Assembly (NCBI GenBank): GCA_001643675.2
Contig: LSRY02000001.1
Coordinates: 1,364,001-1,428,000 of the forward strand
Origin: Monocercomonoides exilis PA203
Taxonomy: Eukaryota > Protista > Preaxostyla
Direction of reading: 5' to 3'
DNA: 64,000 nucleotides
Under the pieces are notes generated by a model, which did no database searches, was not told the origin of the DNA, and worked only from the letters and a program-made list of their open reading frames with translations. Every line of letters begins with the position of its first letter. Positions within the stretch are counted from its first letter, which is position 1. Made by a program: the position numbers and the translations under genes. Below, piece after piece: positions 25,301 to 37,571 of the stretch.

Positions 25301-28300
25301 AAGAGGAAGAAGAAGAGGAGGAGGAGGAAGAGGAAGAAGAAGAGGAAGTGGATGAATTGTGAGATGGAGGTGAAGAAGAAGAAGAAGAAGATGATGATGA
25401 TGAAATGTTTGAAGTGATTGTTGATGATGTTGATGTTGATGATGGCGAAGAAGAGAAGGAGCTTGTTGAAGTGAGTGGAGGAGAAGGCGATGGATGAATC
25501 GACGAAAAGGCCGACATCGAAGAACGAGAAGAGGCAGATGACGATCGATGATGAGGAGTGGTAGAAGAAGAAGAAAGAGAAGAAGAAGAAGAAGAAGTGT
25601 TTTGCGTTTCTGCCATTGGAAAGAGTGAAATGCTTCCACTGTCTGTTTTGCTGTCCTTTCGAGTGCTCAGATTGGAACTAGAAGAAGAAGAAGAAGAATT
25701 GGATGAGGAGTTATTATTATTATTATTGCTATTATTACTATTATTTGTATTACTTGCATTGCTACTGCTAATATTCGTATTCGAACTCACACGTGGCACA
25801 GACAGATGAGCAGATGATACAGAACAAGCAGAATTTGAAGAAGAAGAAGAAGAAGAAGAAGAAGAAGAAGAAGACATAATCGATACAACAGACACTGCAG
25901 ATGCCATTGATAGCACAGAAGGAGCAGGTGAAGAAGAAAGAAGAGGAGGAGATTGCTCATTCAGCACATTTATATCAGCTGCCTTTGCCAGCTGTTCATC
26001 TCCACATTCATCTCTTTCACTTATTTCATTGTTTTCTTTATTTTCTTTATTTTCATTGCTCCTATTGTTTTCATTGCTTCTTTCTTCTCTTTCATTCCCT
26101 TCCTTTCCCTCATTCTCTTTCTCTTCCTCTTCCTTTTCTCCCTTCATCACCACTGGCAGTGACAAAGGCTGAGGCATCTCCTGCACATTCATCTGCAGCA
26201 CATCTGCTGTTGGGCTCTTCTGAATGGCTGGAGAAGTCGAAGGAGATGCACACAACTCCATCTGCCTCTCAAAACAGCCACCGATTGTATCAGAAGAGGA
26301 AGGCAGTTGTGAGTCTTCTGAGGGAATCAATGAAGACAACACGGCTGTCTTGCTGAATGGATCGCCTGGCTGGAAAGAAGAGAGGTCTTCGAATTCTGAA
26401 GAAGAAGAAGAAGAAGATGATGATGATGACAGATAAGCTTCTTGTTCACTTTGAGAAATGTCTCTGTCTTCTCCATTCAACATTGCACTTGATGCACAAA
26501 AACTGTTGTTGTTTTGGAAGTCTTCATCATTTCTATCTTCTATCTTTCCTTCATCTTTTTCTCTTTCTTCTCTTTCTTCTCCTTCCTTCTTCACACCCTC
26601 CTCTTCCTCCTTTTCCTCCTCCTTTTCCTTTTCCTTCTCTTCCTTCTCCTTCTCTTCCTTCTCCTCATCCCCAACCAGCGCGCTCAAATCCGACGGCTGG
26701 AAGAAGTCAGCGCCGGCGGAGATGGAGCTGAAGAAAGGGTCAGACGAGGTGTAAAGAGGAGGAGGCGGTTCAGGCGCCTTCTGAAGAGGCTGAGCAGCGA
26801 GGGTGGCAGAGGAGATGACTGTGTAGCCGCGGTAGGTGAGGGTGGGGGAGCCCAAAGAGCGTGGAGAGGTGCTGCTGGGCGAGGAGACGCGGGAGGAAGG
26901 TGTGGGGGTGGGGGTGATGAGGAGAGAGGGAGAGGTGGAAGTAGTGGGGGAGGATGAGGATTGAGGCTGGAGGGGAGGTTGAGAGGGAGATTGAGATTCA
27001 TTGAGATGATGAATGTTTTGTTGTTGAGATGAGGACGAGGATGAGGAGGAGAACAAAGAAGGACGGGCAGAAGAGGAAATGGAAGTGGGTGAAGAAGAAG
27101 AAGAAGAAGAAGAAGAAGATGATGATGATGATGCAGAAGACAAAGAGGATGAAGTGAAGATATGATCATTTTGAGTGAAGGAAGTGTTGTGAGTGAGATG
27201 TTCATCCAGCAGATGGGATGTTTGTGAAGGTGAATGTGACACTTCAACCATCGCAGAAGTGGACGATGGCTGAATAATCATCGATGATGCATTCAATGAA
27301 GAAGAAGAAGAATAAGAAGATATGGAAGAAGAGGAAGAGGAAGAAGAAGAGGAAGAAGAAGAAGATTGAGGCAAATAATCAGAAGCACAGCATTCGTCCA
27401 TCAAGCACAATGGATCGAGAGATGGTTCACAGGCAGTCAGAGAAGAGAGTCTGGACATCCTGGCAATTGGTGTGGGAAGAGATGGGTCTGTCTGCTTAGC
27501 CACAACATCATTTAGTTCCTGCTGAATGTTCTGTGACTGCATAGAAGAAGAAGAAGAAGAAGAAGAAGAAGAAGATGATGATGATGATGAGTTAGATGAT
27601 TGAGAAGGAGGCAGAGAGGAGTCTGAGGATAAAGTTGGGGTGCTGTTGCGGAGAGTGGTGGATGAGGCAGAGACAAAGAAGGAAGGAGAATGAGAGGAAG
27701 AAGTTGAGGAGGAGGAGGAGGAAGAAGAAGAATTGGATGAACTGACAAATGATGGAGATGTGGTGTGTGTAGGCGAGCCGAGCAGCTGAAGAGGAAGAGG
27801 AGGAGAACAAGAAGGAGTGGATAGTCTGCTGGGAGAGGAGACAGCAGGTGAGTGAGAGAGAGAAATGGATGGATACACAGGCGGTGTGGAGGCAGGGAGG
27901 CAAGGAGAGAAGGACGCAGAGATTGGGGAGCAGGAATAGCCAGAAGAAAAAGCAGAGCTAGCAGCAGAAGACGACAAAGGAGTGGCAGCGAGTGAGATCA
28001 TCTTCGCAGTCGATGCCCCGCTGAGCAGCCCTTTCCGCTCGACGCGCTTTCCGCCTGTGGAAGACAGCGCCTTCAGCAGCTTCTCGTCGGTGGCGTTGCG
28101 CGCAGACAGGATTCCCCGCATCGGCTGGGCTGACCGGCAGATCGCATGCCCATTGGTGTGCAGATAGCACAAGACAGGGATGCGGCCGTGGCTTCGGAAC
28201 GGCGCTATCAGCGGCAGCTCCTCATCGCTCATGGCACGAGGCACACACAGCAACGTTGGGTATGACGAGCAGAAGGCAAAGTCTTCATTGGCCATCGTGA

Positions 28301-29291
28301 TCTTCCACCCACAATTCAGCGACCCTTCGTTGACTCCCATTCGGGTGTATTCCATAAATAAGTCGCATTGAGTCCATTTTGTTTCAGAATGCCCAATAGC
28401 ATTTTGTTTCTTTTGTAGACTTTTACCATAACGAAACGCAAAAATTTGCTCTTTTTTCTTTGGAGGAGGAAAATACGGAAAAGCATTATATAGCTTTAAC
28501 CTTTCATCGCAAGTGTTCAAGGGCTGCGGCTGTAGAAAAGCGCCAGCTTGTGTTGCAGTCCGTAATGAATCATGAGAAGGAAATAAGCTGAAAAAAGAAA
28601 AGTTTAAAACGTACAAAAATTCAAAAATATATACTTTATTCTTCTATTGTCCTTTAAAATTAATAAAAGAACTGGCAAAAGCGATTGTCCAGCTCTCCTG
28701 TATATTGCTTCCTTGTCAACTTTCAAAATAGTCATTATTGGAATTTGTATTTTCATAATTTTCTAAGTTTAAATCAAAAAGCATAAACGTTAAAAACGAA
28801 AAAAAGAAAAATAAATTATGTGAAAGACACGTTCATACCCCTTTCTGAGGTTGTTCATTTGGAAAAAACAAAACACGATAGTTTGTGATCCACAATTCTC
28901 CAACGAAACGAGGTGAATTAAATCCAATGTTATTAAACTTTGCCGATGAAGCGCATTCCTCTCCGGGAAGAAGTTCAAACTTCATGGTACCGGCTTTTAA
29001 ACCAAATATTAAATCAACATGTAACAAAATTCACACAACAAAATAAATTATTATCATTATGTTTCTCACAACAAATTCACATCAAAAATATACAAACCAG
29101 AGTTTTGCATACAATCCTCAAATCTTGAACAACAAAATGAATTTCTTCAACTATTGTTATGGATAATCCCTTAAGTTAATTTTAAATTTGATCATACATC
29201 CTATAATAATATTTATTATTATCATTTGGATGATATTCTTTGTTTACGGACCTAAATGTTTTGATTGTTCGGAAGAGGATGTTCCATACAT
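22315..29291 (-). CDS. Myotubularin-family phosphoinositide 3-phosphatase, multi-exon, with very large low-complexity insertions
   Basis: PH-GRAM-like LLPGE...GELWITNYRVLF (28833-29027), CSSYPTLLCVP, FRSHGRIPVL, RSAQP, IVDARP, GGYE, IENIH, catalytic VLIHCTDGWDRT, LIEKDW..FGHRF and SPTFVQFVDC. The 5' exons and ATG 29291 are tentative. Confidence 0.9.
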
Positions 29292-29824
29292 ATTGTTTTT
29301 ATGCTTTCAATGATAATTTTTTGTTATATTTTTGTTTTCTTAAAAATGATTTATATGATGTTATCAAACGTCTGTAATTGATTATTCTGCTTTAACCATG
29401 CTTTCTCTTTTTCATTAAAAGAACCATTGCAATAATGTAAATACGGTTTTCACTTGAAATGCACTTATTACATTGTTTTTGTGGAATATCTTTTTAATTA
29501 ATAACATTTCACGTTACTGATTTATGGACAAAGAGGTTAAAACACAATTCTAGCAGTTTGATTCAAGAGTGTTTTGTATTTTATGGGTATAAGAAGAAAA
29601 TATAAGGATTTCCTTTGGAAAGGCTGTAAAAAAATAGCCAATAAATTCTTGATCTGATAGAAAGGGTCAACATAAAAAATCCGATAAATGGCAGTCAGAT
29701 CAAAACATTTTTAAATCAAGGTTTGAGATGAGAACATCAATTTAGCGATTTTGAATTTAATTATTTTTTGGCATGAACGTATTAAAAATATATAAATAAT
29801 TTTTATTTAGACAACTTAAGAAAC

Positions 29825-30415
29825 ATGCCAAAAGGCTCATCGGAAGCAAAAGGAAAGAAGCAAACTAAAAAGGAAACAAAAGGAAAAGCTCAAAGAGCAA
29901 AGAAGGATCCAAATGTTTGGAACAATAAAATATCATTATATTAACATAATTTATTTGAATTTATCAGGCACCAAAGCGCCCAGCCCAAGCTTACATCCTT
30001 TATGTTTCTGATAAACGCGCTGAAATTAAAGAGAAACATCCCGACTACAAAAACACAGAGATCATTTCTGAAGCTGCAAAATTATGGAAGGAAGCTTCAG
30101 CATCTGAAAAGAAAGTATGATCTTTATCCAACCGTTGAGAAATTGAGAACAATGCATAATTTATATTTTGAAAATTTGAATTTTTTTTTAGCCATATGAA
30201 GATAAAGCCAAAAAGTTGAAGGAAAAATATGAAGGTTTGTAATGATAGTATTACAATGTTTTATTCGTATTTGATAAACTCTCATTATTACAGAGGAATT
30301 GGCAGCATATAACAAAAAACAAGGAAAATCAAAGAAGGGTAAGGGCAAGGAGAAGGATAAGGAAGAGGAAGGATCTGAAGAGGAAGAAGAGGAGGAGGAA
30401 GAAGATGAAGAGTAA
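29825..30415 (+). CDS. HMG-box protein (NHP6/HMGB-like) with acidic tail, 4 exons; not in the ORF track
   Basis: Spliced translation MPKGSSEAKGKK...KKDPN|APKRPAQAYILYVSDKRAEIKEKHPDYKNTEIISEAAKLWKEASASEKK|PYEDKAKKLKEKYE|EELAAYNKK...EEEDEE*. Intron 1 is 29915-29967. Confidence 0.92.
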
Positions 30416-30579
30416 ATGTTGATTATTTCTGATGCCACATTGTTTCACTTCTTTGCACTTTCACCTATTTTTTTATAAAGTATTCTGTGTTGTGTCAAAC
30501 ATAAGATGGCATTAATTTTCTATTAAATACATTAGTAATATCATTTTTAACAATTTTGTATTTTTAAAAAAATAAAAAA

Positions 30580-31583
30580 TCATTGAAAAGTTGAATCTGG
30601 AGAACGTGGAAAAGGGCGAGTGGTTGATGGTGCAATCACATTTGTGGATTGTAACGGTAATGCGGAATTTTGTGATAAATTTTGTTGTGGAAGTTGGACG
30701 CTTGCTTTCATATTTTTAAATGCTCTTCCGGATGTAATTGATAGAAGATAATCTCGTTTGGAGCGCTCACTTATGGTATCTTTTCTAGAGGCAAGAGATG
30801 GCTGATTTGATGTTCGTATGCTAGATAAATGTTTGTGATTTCCTGTTTCTTCTTGAGAAATTGAAATATCAGTCCCTTCATCATCTTCATCTTCGGAAAA
30901 GTCATCAGAAGCAATTTCTTCGATAACACTAAGAGCTTCTTCCAAAGCCTTATTGTGTTCTTCAAAAACCTGCTGTAATTGATGTGCGCGATGCATTGCA
31001 ATAAAGTCGTTCATTGCTATATCTCCATTACTTTCAGAAAGAGTAGATTTCGATGAAATTTGTTGAGTGTTGTTTAATTCCTCATCTGAAGGAAGTTTTA
31101 ATGCTGGAGGAGGCTGAGATGCATCGTGAAACGAATCTGTTGAAAGCATTTTTTGAACTAATGGCTTCAATTCTCGTTCATTTTCTTCCATTTCAAGAAG
31201 GAGCTTGGAAGAAAATAACTCTGGCACTTCAAATCATAAAACAAAAGAAAATCCGAAAAAAATATAATAAAATCTCAAATGTTCACACAATCTGCAGGAT
31301 TTCTTTCAGGAATAATTGCAGGATGAAGAAGAAGCTGCCGATACTGAGGAGGAATTAAAGTTTCATGTTCATTTTCTTCGTCTCCATCTGCTTGAGTGAA
31401 TAATTTCCATCTGGATTGCATCACATCCAATTGCTGCTGTATGTTTTTCCATGATTCAGATGTTGCAAATTTTGTTCTGACACAAGAAGCACGAATATCA
31501 TAAATTACTTCACGAAGAACATTACTGCTTTGCTTAATTTGAACGTTCATGCTCTGATGGAGCGGTTGATCAGTAGGCAGCAT
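30580..31583 (-). CDS. Hypothetical protein, 2 exons
   Basis: ORFs 31275-31583 and 30580-31227 can be joined by a short GT-AG intron at about 31229-31287. Composition is coding-like; no family recognised. Confidence 0.6.
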
Positions 31584-31756
31584 TCCTCTGTATTGATTCT
31601 TGAATCTGTCCTCGTTGAAAAAGCTTGATTTGTCCTGCCCTTAATAATTTTGATTTTCCCTTATTTCTTTTTCTTGAAGATCAAAGAAAAAGAATTTTTA
31701 ACTGGTTATTTGCCTTGGTATAAGTTGTATCAAGACATTTAACAAAACAAAACGGA

Positions 31757-34700
31757 ATGAATCTTTATAGCCTTACGCTTCAGCAATCGACAGCCATAAA
31801 TTCTGCAGTTGCAGGTAGTTTCAGCGATAATAGAGCAAATGAAATTCTTGTCGCAAAGGAACGTTTATTGGAGATTTATAAAATCGATGAAAATGGAGTA
31901 CCGCATATAGTAGCTTCTGCAAATGTATTTGGAATTATTAGAACTGTACAATCGTTTCGTCTTTCTGGTTTGTTGAACGTTTTTATTGAACATGTTTTTT
32001 TTCATAATAATGCATTGCATCTTAAAAAACCCTTTTTGAATATCATTAATTTTCAAAAAAAAAGGCCAATCAAAGGATAGTATTGTTGTTGGCTCTGATT
32101 CTGGAAAACTATCAATTCTTGAATATGATCCCAAACGCGAAAAAATCATTCCAATTCATTCTGAAACGTTTGGAAAAACAGGGTGCCGCAGAATAATTCC
32201 AGGTCAATATGTTGCTGTTGACCCCACAGGAAGAGCATTGATGATTGGTATGAGTATTTTGTTTTGACTTTTCAAACAACATTTTCAATGTATTATTTAC
32301 AATCAAACACATCATTTATTTCCGTTATGATAAGCTGCAATTGAACGTCAAAAACTTGTATATGTATTGACACGAGATAGCTCTTCTCACATCACAATTT
32401 CTTCTCCTCTAGAAGCTCATAGCACAAACTCTGTTGTTTATTCATTAACATCGATAGATGTTGGCTTGGGAAATCCACAGTTTGCTTGCCTAGAACTCAA
32501 CCATGGTGCAGCTGATAAAGATAGCACCGGGGCATCTGCTGTAGCAGCAGAAAAGCAAGTTGTGTATTATGAACTTGATCTTGGGCTTAACACAGTTGTG
32601 AAAGCAAAGAGTGAGGTAGTGGAGAGGTCTGCCAACCTCGTCATCGGAGTGCCTGCCGGAGCATCTGCGCTGAATACACTGCCAGGAACAAGCGACGCAG
32701 AGATGGAGCTGCTGCGCAATGACGGAGACAACGTGTCAGCGTGTACCGGAGACGAATCACCAGGAGGTATTTTAGTGTGCAGCGACGGTGTTGTGACGTT
32801 TATTTCTCCGTCAGAGCGGAAATTCTCCGTGAAGATTCCTCGGCGCCGTGTTGTGCCAGAAGAGAACACGTGTCTGATTGTGGCACACACGAAGAGAAAG
32901 TGGAAGCAGATGATCTTCTTTCTGCTGCAGTCAGAATACGGCGACCTGTACATCCTCATGTTTCTGAAGCACACAACGCCTGCTGCGCCTTCCTCGAGCC
33001 ATCTTCGCACACAAGCACCGAAATCGCAGCTGGTGGGCATCCGGCTGACATACTTCGACACACTTCCTTCGCCTTCCACATCGATTGCCATTTTGCGGTC
33101 AGGTTATCTTTTTGCCGCCGCGGAGTATGGGGAGCATGTTGTCTACCGCTTCAGCAGCCTCGATGGCGAGTTGGAGGAAGAGGCGCGTGCACGCCCGATG
33201 CTGGGCGACCGGAGAGATGGTCCGCTCTTCTTCTATCCGCACACGAAGCTGTTAAGACTACAGCCGATGGGCACGCTGCCAAACAACACGCCTGTCACAG
33301 GAATCAGAGTGGGGTCGAAGGAGACGCTGCTTCATGGTGATGAAGGATGGAAGAAAGGAGAAGGGAGAGACAGGGACAGAGGAAGGGAGAGAGACAGAGA
33401 TCGGACGGGGGGAAGTTCGAGCAGCAGAGTGTTTGAGGAAGGCGAGGAGGATGAGAAAGGAGCAGATGCAGACAACGTGCAGCTGATGGAGCTGTGCGGA
33501 AGAGGTGCTCATTCGAAGCTGAAGATACTCCGCCCAGGCCGCTCAGTGAATGTGCTGGTGACGCAGCAGCTGTTGGAGAAAGCAACTGGTGTGTGGACGG
33601 TGAAGATCGACCACAAGGAAGACTCTGTACATCGGTACATCATCGTCAGCTCAGACAGGCCGCTCGGATACACTCGGAGATCTGGTGAAGGGAGCTCATC
33701 ATCATCATCATCATCTTCTTCTTCTTCATCTAAGCGCAAAGAAGTTGTCATCCCAAAAAGAACGATTGTACTGCGAATTGACGAGACGATTGACCAGCTG
33801 GACGAGAGCAGCTTTGTGGACGATGTACAGACGCTGCATGTGGCTCTGCTGGCAGACGACTCCATTCTGCAGATACACACACACGGCTTCAGGAGAATCT
33901 TCAGCGATCAGCGGGTGATTGACTGGGATGCCAAGGAGTCGACGAAGGACAGAGACAGAGACAGAGACAGAGATAGAGACAGAAGGAAGGACGAGAGGAG
34001 TGGGCTGATCAGCTCGATATCACCGTCCATTGCACATGGCGTGTGTAATGAGAGGCAGGTTGTGCTGAACACAAGAGGAGGGAAGTTGCTGTATTTTGAG
34101 CTGAACACAGCAGATGTCGAAGACGGCGCATCTGTCCCGTGGACAAGCGGAGGACAATCTCAAAGCCAAGCTACCTCACCATCATCATCATCATCTTCTT
34201 CTTCTTTGAAGGGCAGTGGAGGAGTGCTGCAGCTTGTGCATTCAGTGCAGCTGGATATCGATGTCACCGCTCTTGCCATTGGAGACGTGCCAAATGGAGC
34301 GCTGCGCTTTGACTATTTGGCAGTGGCGTTTGCGAACGGGACGGTTGGGATGGTATCGCTGAAGAAGAGCAGCTTCTGGCAGCGTCTAAGCACACTCACT
34401 GTGTCACAGCAGGCAACACACATCAGCATCAGCAACTTGGCAATTCTGACTGTCTCCAATGAAAAGACTGCTTCTTCTTCTTCTTCTTCTGCCACTTCCT
34501 CTGGTTTTTCTCTCTCTGCCCAGACATGGTCATATCTGTGTGTTGGGCTTTCGAATGGCATCTTCTCCCGCTCTGCCATCGACCCCTCCACTGGTGCACT
34601 TGCAGACAGACGTATTCGTTCCCTCGGCACTCAGCCTGTACGCCTGTCTAAAATAGTTGCAGATGGCAATCCAGCCATTCTTGCTTTATCGTCATCACCT

Positions 34701-37231
34701 TGGCTGTTCATGCAGAACAGAAACATAAAAATCGCACCGGGTGTTGGAATGAGCGCTGGTTCTGGTATGTTTTTAAGGAAGAGGAGGAGGAACTAAAAAA
34801 TGGTTTTTAGATACAAAAATATTTTCATTTAATTAATTTTGTGTGAACGTTGCTTTTTGATAACTTAATGAAAAATTAAAAATTTTTATATCAACAAAAT
34901 AATTTTCTTTTGCTTTATAATTTTCATTTTATTCTGTCATTTTTCTCATTATATTTCCTTCATTCACTACTCTCACCAATCTCATCCACAGTGATGCCCA
35001 TGGTTCTTGAGCGCATCTGCACCACTCATCTGGATGGTGCAGCACCTCTTTCATCCTCCGAATTCTCCGAAGGCTGCGTTGCAATCTCCGGCAGCTCGAT
35101 GATTGTGCTTCTGATCGACACAGCATCCCCTTCACCATTCACTGAGACCTTCTCTCAGCCACTCACATTCACACCCAGAAAGATGATTGTACTGCCGCCG
35201 CTTCAGATGCCTGGCAAAGGCGGGTTCACCATCGCGAGCAACAAGAACGGCACACACGCTACCGTTGCGCTGATAGAGACTGATCATGCTGTGTTGAATC
35301 CGACAGACAAGCAGGCGATGAAGGAGACAGCCATGAGGAACGCCATTGCGGTGGCAGAGGAAGCTAACAAAAGAGGGAAAGTGAAGGAGGAGGGGGAAAA
35401 GGGATTGAAGATGGTGAAAGAAGAGGATGAGTTGAATGTGAAGATGGAAGGGACAGAAGTGCTCAATGCAAAGAAAGACGAGGCGGAGGATGCGATGGAT
35501 GTGGAAGACGAAGAGCATCCTTCAGGAAAAGAGCTCAAAATTGATGAGAAGCAGTTTGCGATACGCGAATACGACGACAAAGACTTTCTGAGCGAAAGAA
35601 TGCAGCTGTCGTCAGAGGAAGAGGACGAAGACCAAGACGGAAACATCTTCACTTCATCTGCTTCATCATCATCTTCTTCTTCAGCTGCTCGTTTACGCCC
35701 TGTGAAGCCTGAAGACACAGCGCTTGGGCAGATTGCTGGGCAGCTGGGGCTTCCAGAAGCGTTGTATGGGCACCCACGCTGCAAGACAGGCCTGTGGGCA
35801 TCGTTCATCCGCCTTCTGCGCGTTCCTCTTCTTTCAAACGACAGCGACGGAAGCAGCGACTCATCCACACGAAACAGCAGCAGTAGCAGCAGAAGAGGAG
35901 AGAAGGGAAGCGACCAGCCGCTGCAGCCGACGATTGATGTGATCGAGTTTCCGAGTGATGAGGCAGCATTCTCGTTGTGCCATGTGCAGTTTCAGACAAG
36001 GCCAGCTGACCAACATTTCCTTGCGGTAGGCACAGCGAAGAATTTGGAGTTCTTCCCGAACAGACACTGCAGTGAAGGGATCATCCACATCTATGCCATC
36101 AAGCTGGAGGAAGAGACAAGGCGGGTGAAAGTGAAAAAGCGGAGAGGGCACAGACACGGCAATGATGATGAGGATGATGAAGACGATGACAGCAGCTCTG
36201 ATGACAGCTCTTCTGATTCATCTGACTCCTCCTCGTCTGACCAGCGGAGTAGCAAGGCAGAATACAGGACCGTCACAACTGTTGTGGAGAAGCTGGAGCT
36301 GGTGCACAGCACAGTGGTGGACGATGTGCCGTATGCGATCGCCCCATTCAAAGGAAGGCTGCTGGCTGGGTGTGGCCACGCCTTGCGGGTGTTTGACATT
36401 GGGCAGAAAAGGCTGCTGAACAAGTGCTGCAACAAGAAGTTTCCCAACTGCATCGTGTCAATTTCTGTACTGAACGACCGGATTATCGTGGGAGACATCG
36501 CAGAGTCCTTCCACATCGTGCGCTATCGACGAGATATGAACCAGATTGAGATCTGCGCCGACACAACTGTCCCTCGCTGGACGCTATCACACACCTTGCT
36601 TGACTACGACACGATTGCTGGGTGCGATCGGTTTGGCCAGTTTTTCGTGGAGAGGCTGCCGGCTGATGCACAAGACATGGACGAGGATCCTACAGGCCTT
36701 GGAAAGGGGTTGCTGAATGGAGCACCTTTCAAGATGGAGGAGCTGTGTGAGTATTATTTGGGGGAGGCAGCCACGGCGATGGAGAAAGTGACGCTGAGGA
36801 TGCAAGGTGAAGAATGTCTGATGTACACAACAGCAGTTGGAGGCATTGGAGTGATGTGCCCCTTCAAAAACAGATCAGAAGTTGGCTTCTTCACAAAGCT
36901 CGAAGCGTCGCTGCGGGAGCTGATGACGCAGGTCGAGTCGCCTGATGAGAGAGAGCTGGCGCAGTCTGCTTCGGATGCGTCGTCTTCTGCTTCATCCACT
37001 CTGTCTTCTGGAATATCGCTGACAAAAGGAGTTCCTCTTTCTATTGTGGGCAGAGAGCACATGTCCTTCAGGAGCTCATACATCCCTGTGAAAGGTGTGA
37101 TTGACGGTGATTTGTGTGAGATGTATGCGTCGATGGAGAGGAGGCTGCAGGAGCAGGTGGCTGATGAACTGGAAATGACTCCTGTGGAAATACAGCAAAA
37201 GATTGAAGAAATGAGAGGAAGAATTATCTAA
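31757..37231 (+). CDS. SF3B3: Splicing factor 3B subunit 3 (SAP130/Rse1), 4 exons
   Basis: N-terminus MNLYSLTLQQSTAI, VGSDSGK, ETFGKTGCRRIIPGQY, TISSPLEAH, YYELDLGLNTVV, CGRGAHSKL, and C-terminus GREHMSFRSSYIPVKGVIDGDLCE. Introns 31968-32064, 32248-32334 and 34765-34991. Confidence 0.95.
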
Positions 37232-37571
37232 TTTCAGAATTGGGAATGCACTCTTTGACTTCAGTTTTATCTTCAATCACAACTAAAAATGGTATTTAAC
37301 GCTTTTATTTAGGAAATTATCTTCAAATTCATTTCACTTTTCTAATTTAAAAAAAAAAAATAGAAAACAATTTTTTCAAAATCTTTATTTTTCTAATGCA
37401 TTTTTATCATAACTTAAAGAGACTTTTTCCATGAATGCAAAATTATATAATAAAATATCAACTTAAATTTTGTGAATATTTTTGAATGGAAAAGCCTACT
37501 TAAAAGAATGTTCTCCTTAAAAAATTAATAACATATTTGGATCTATAAAATTAATAAATTTTGCTTCAAAA

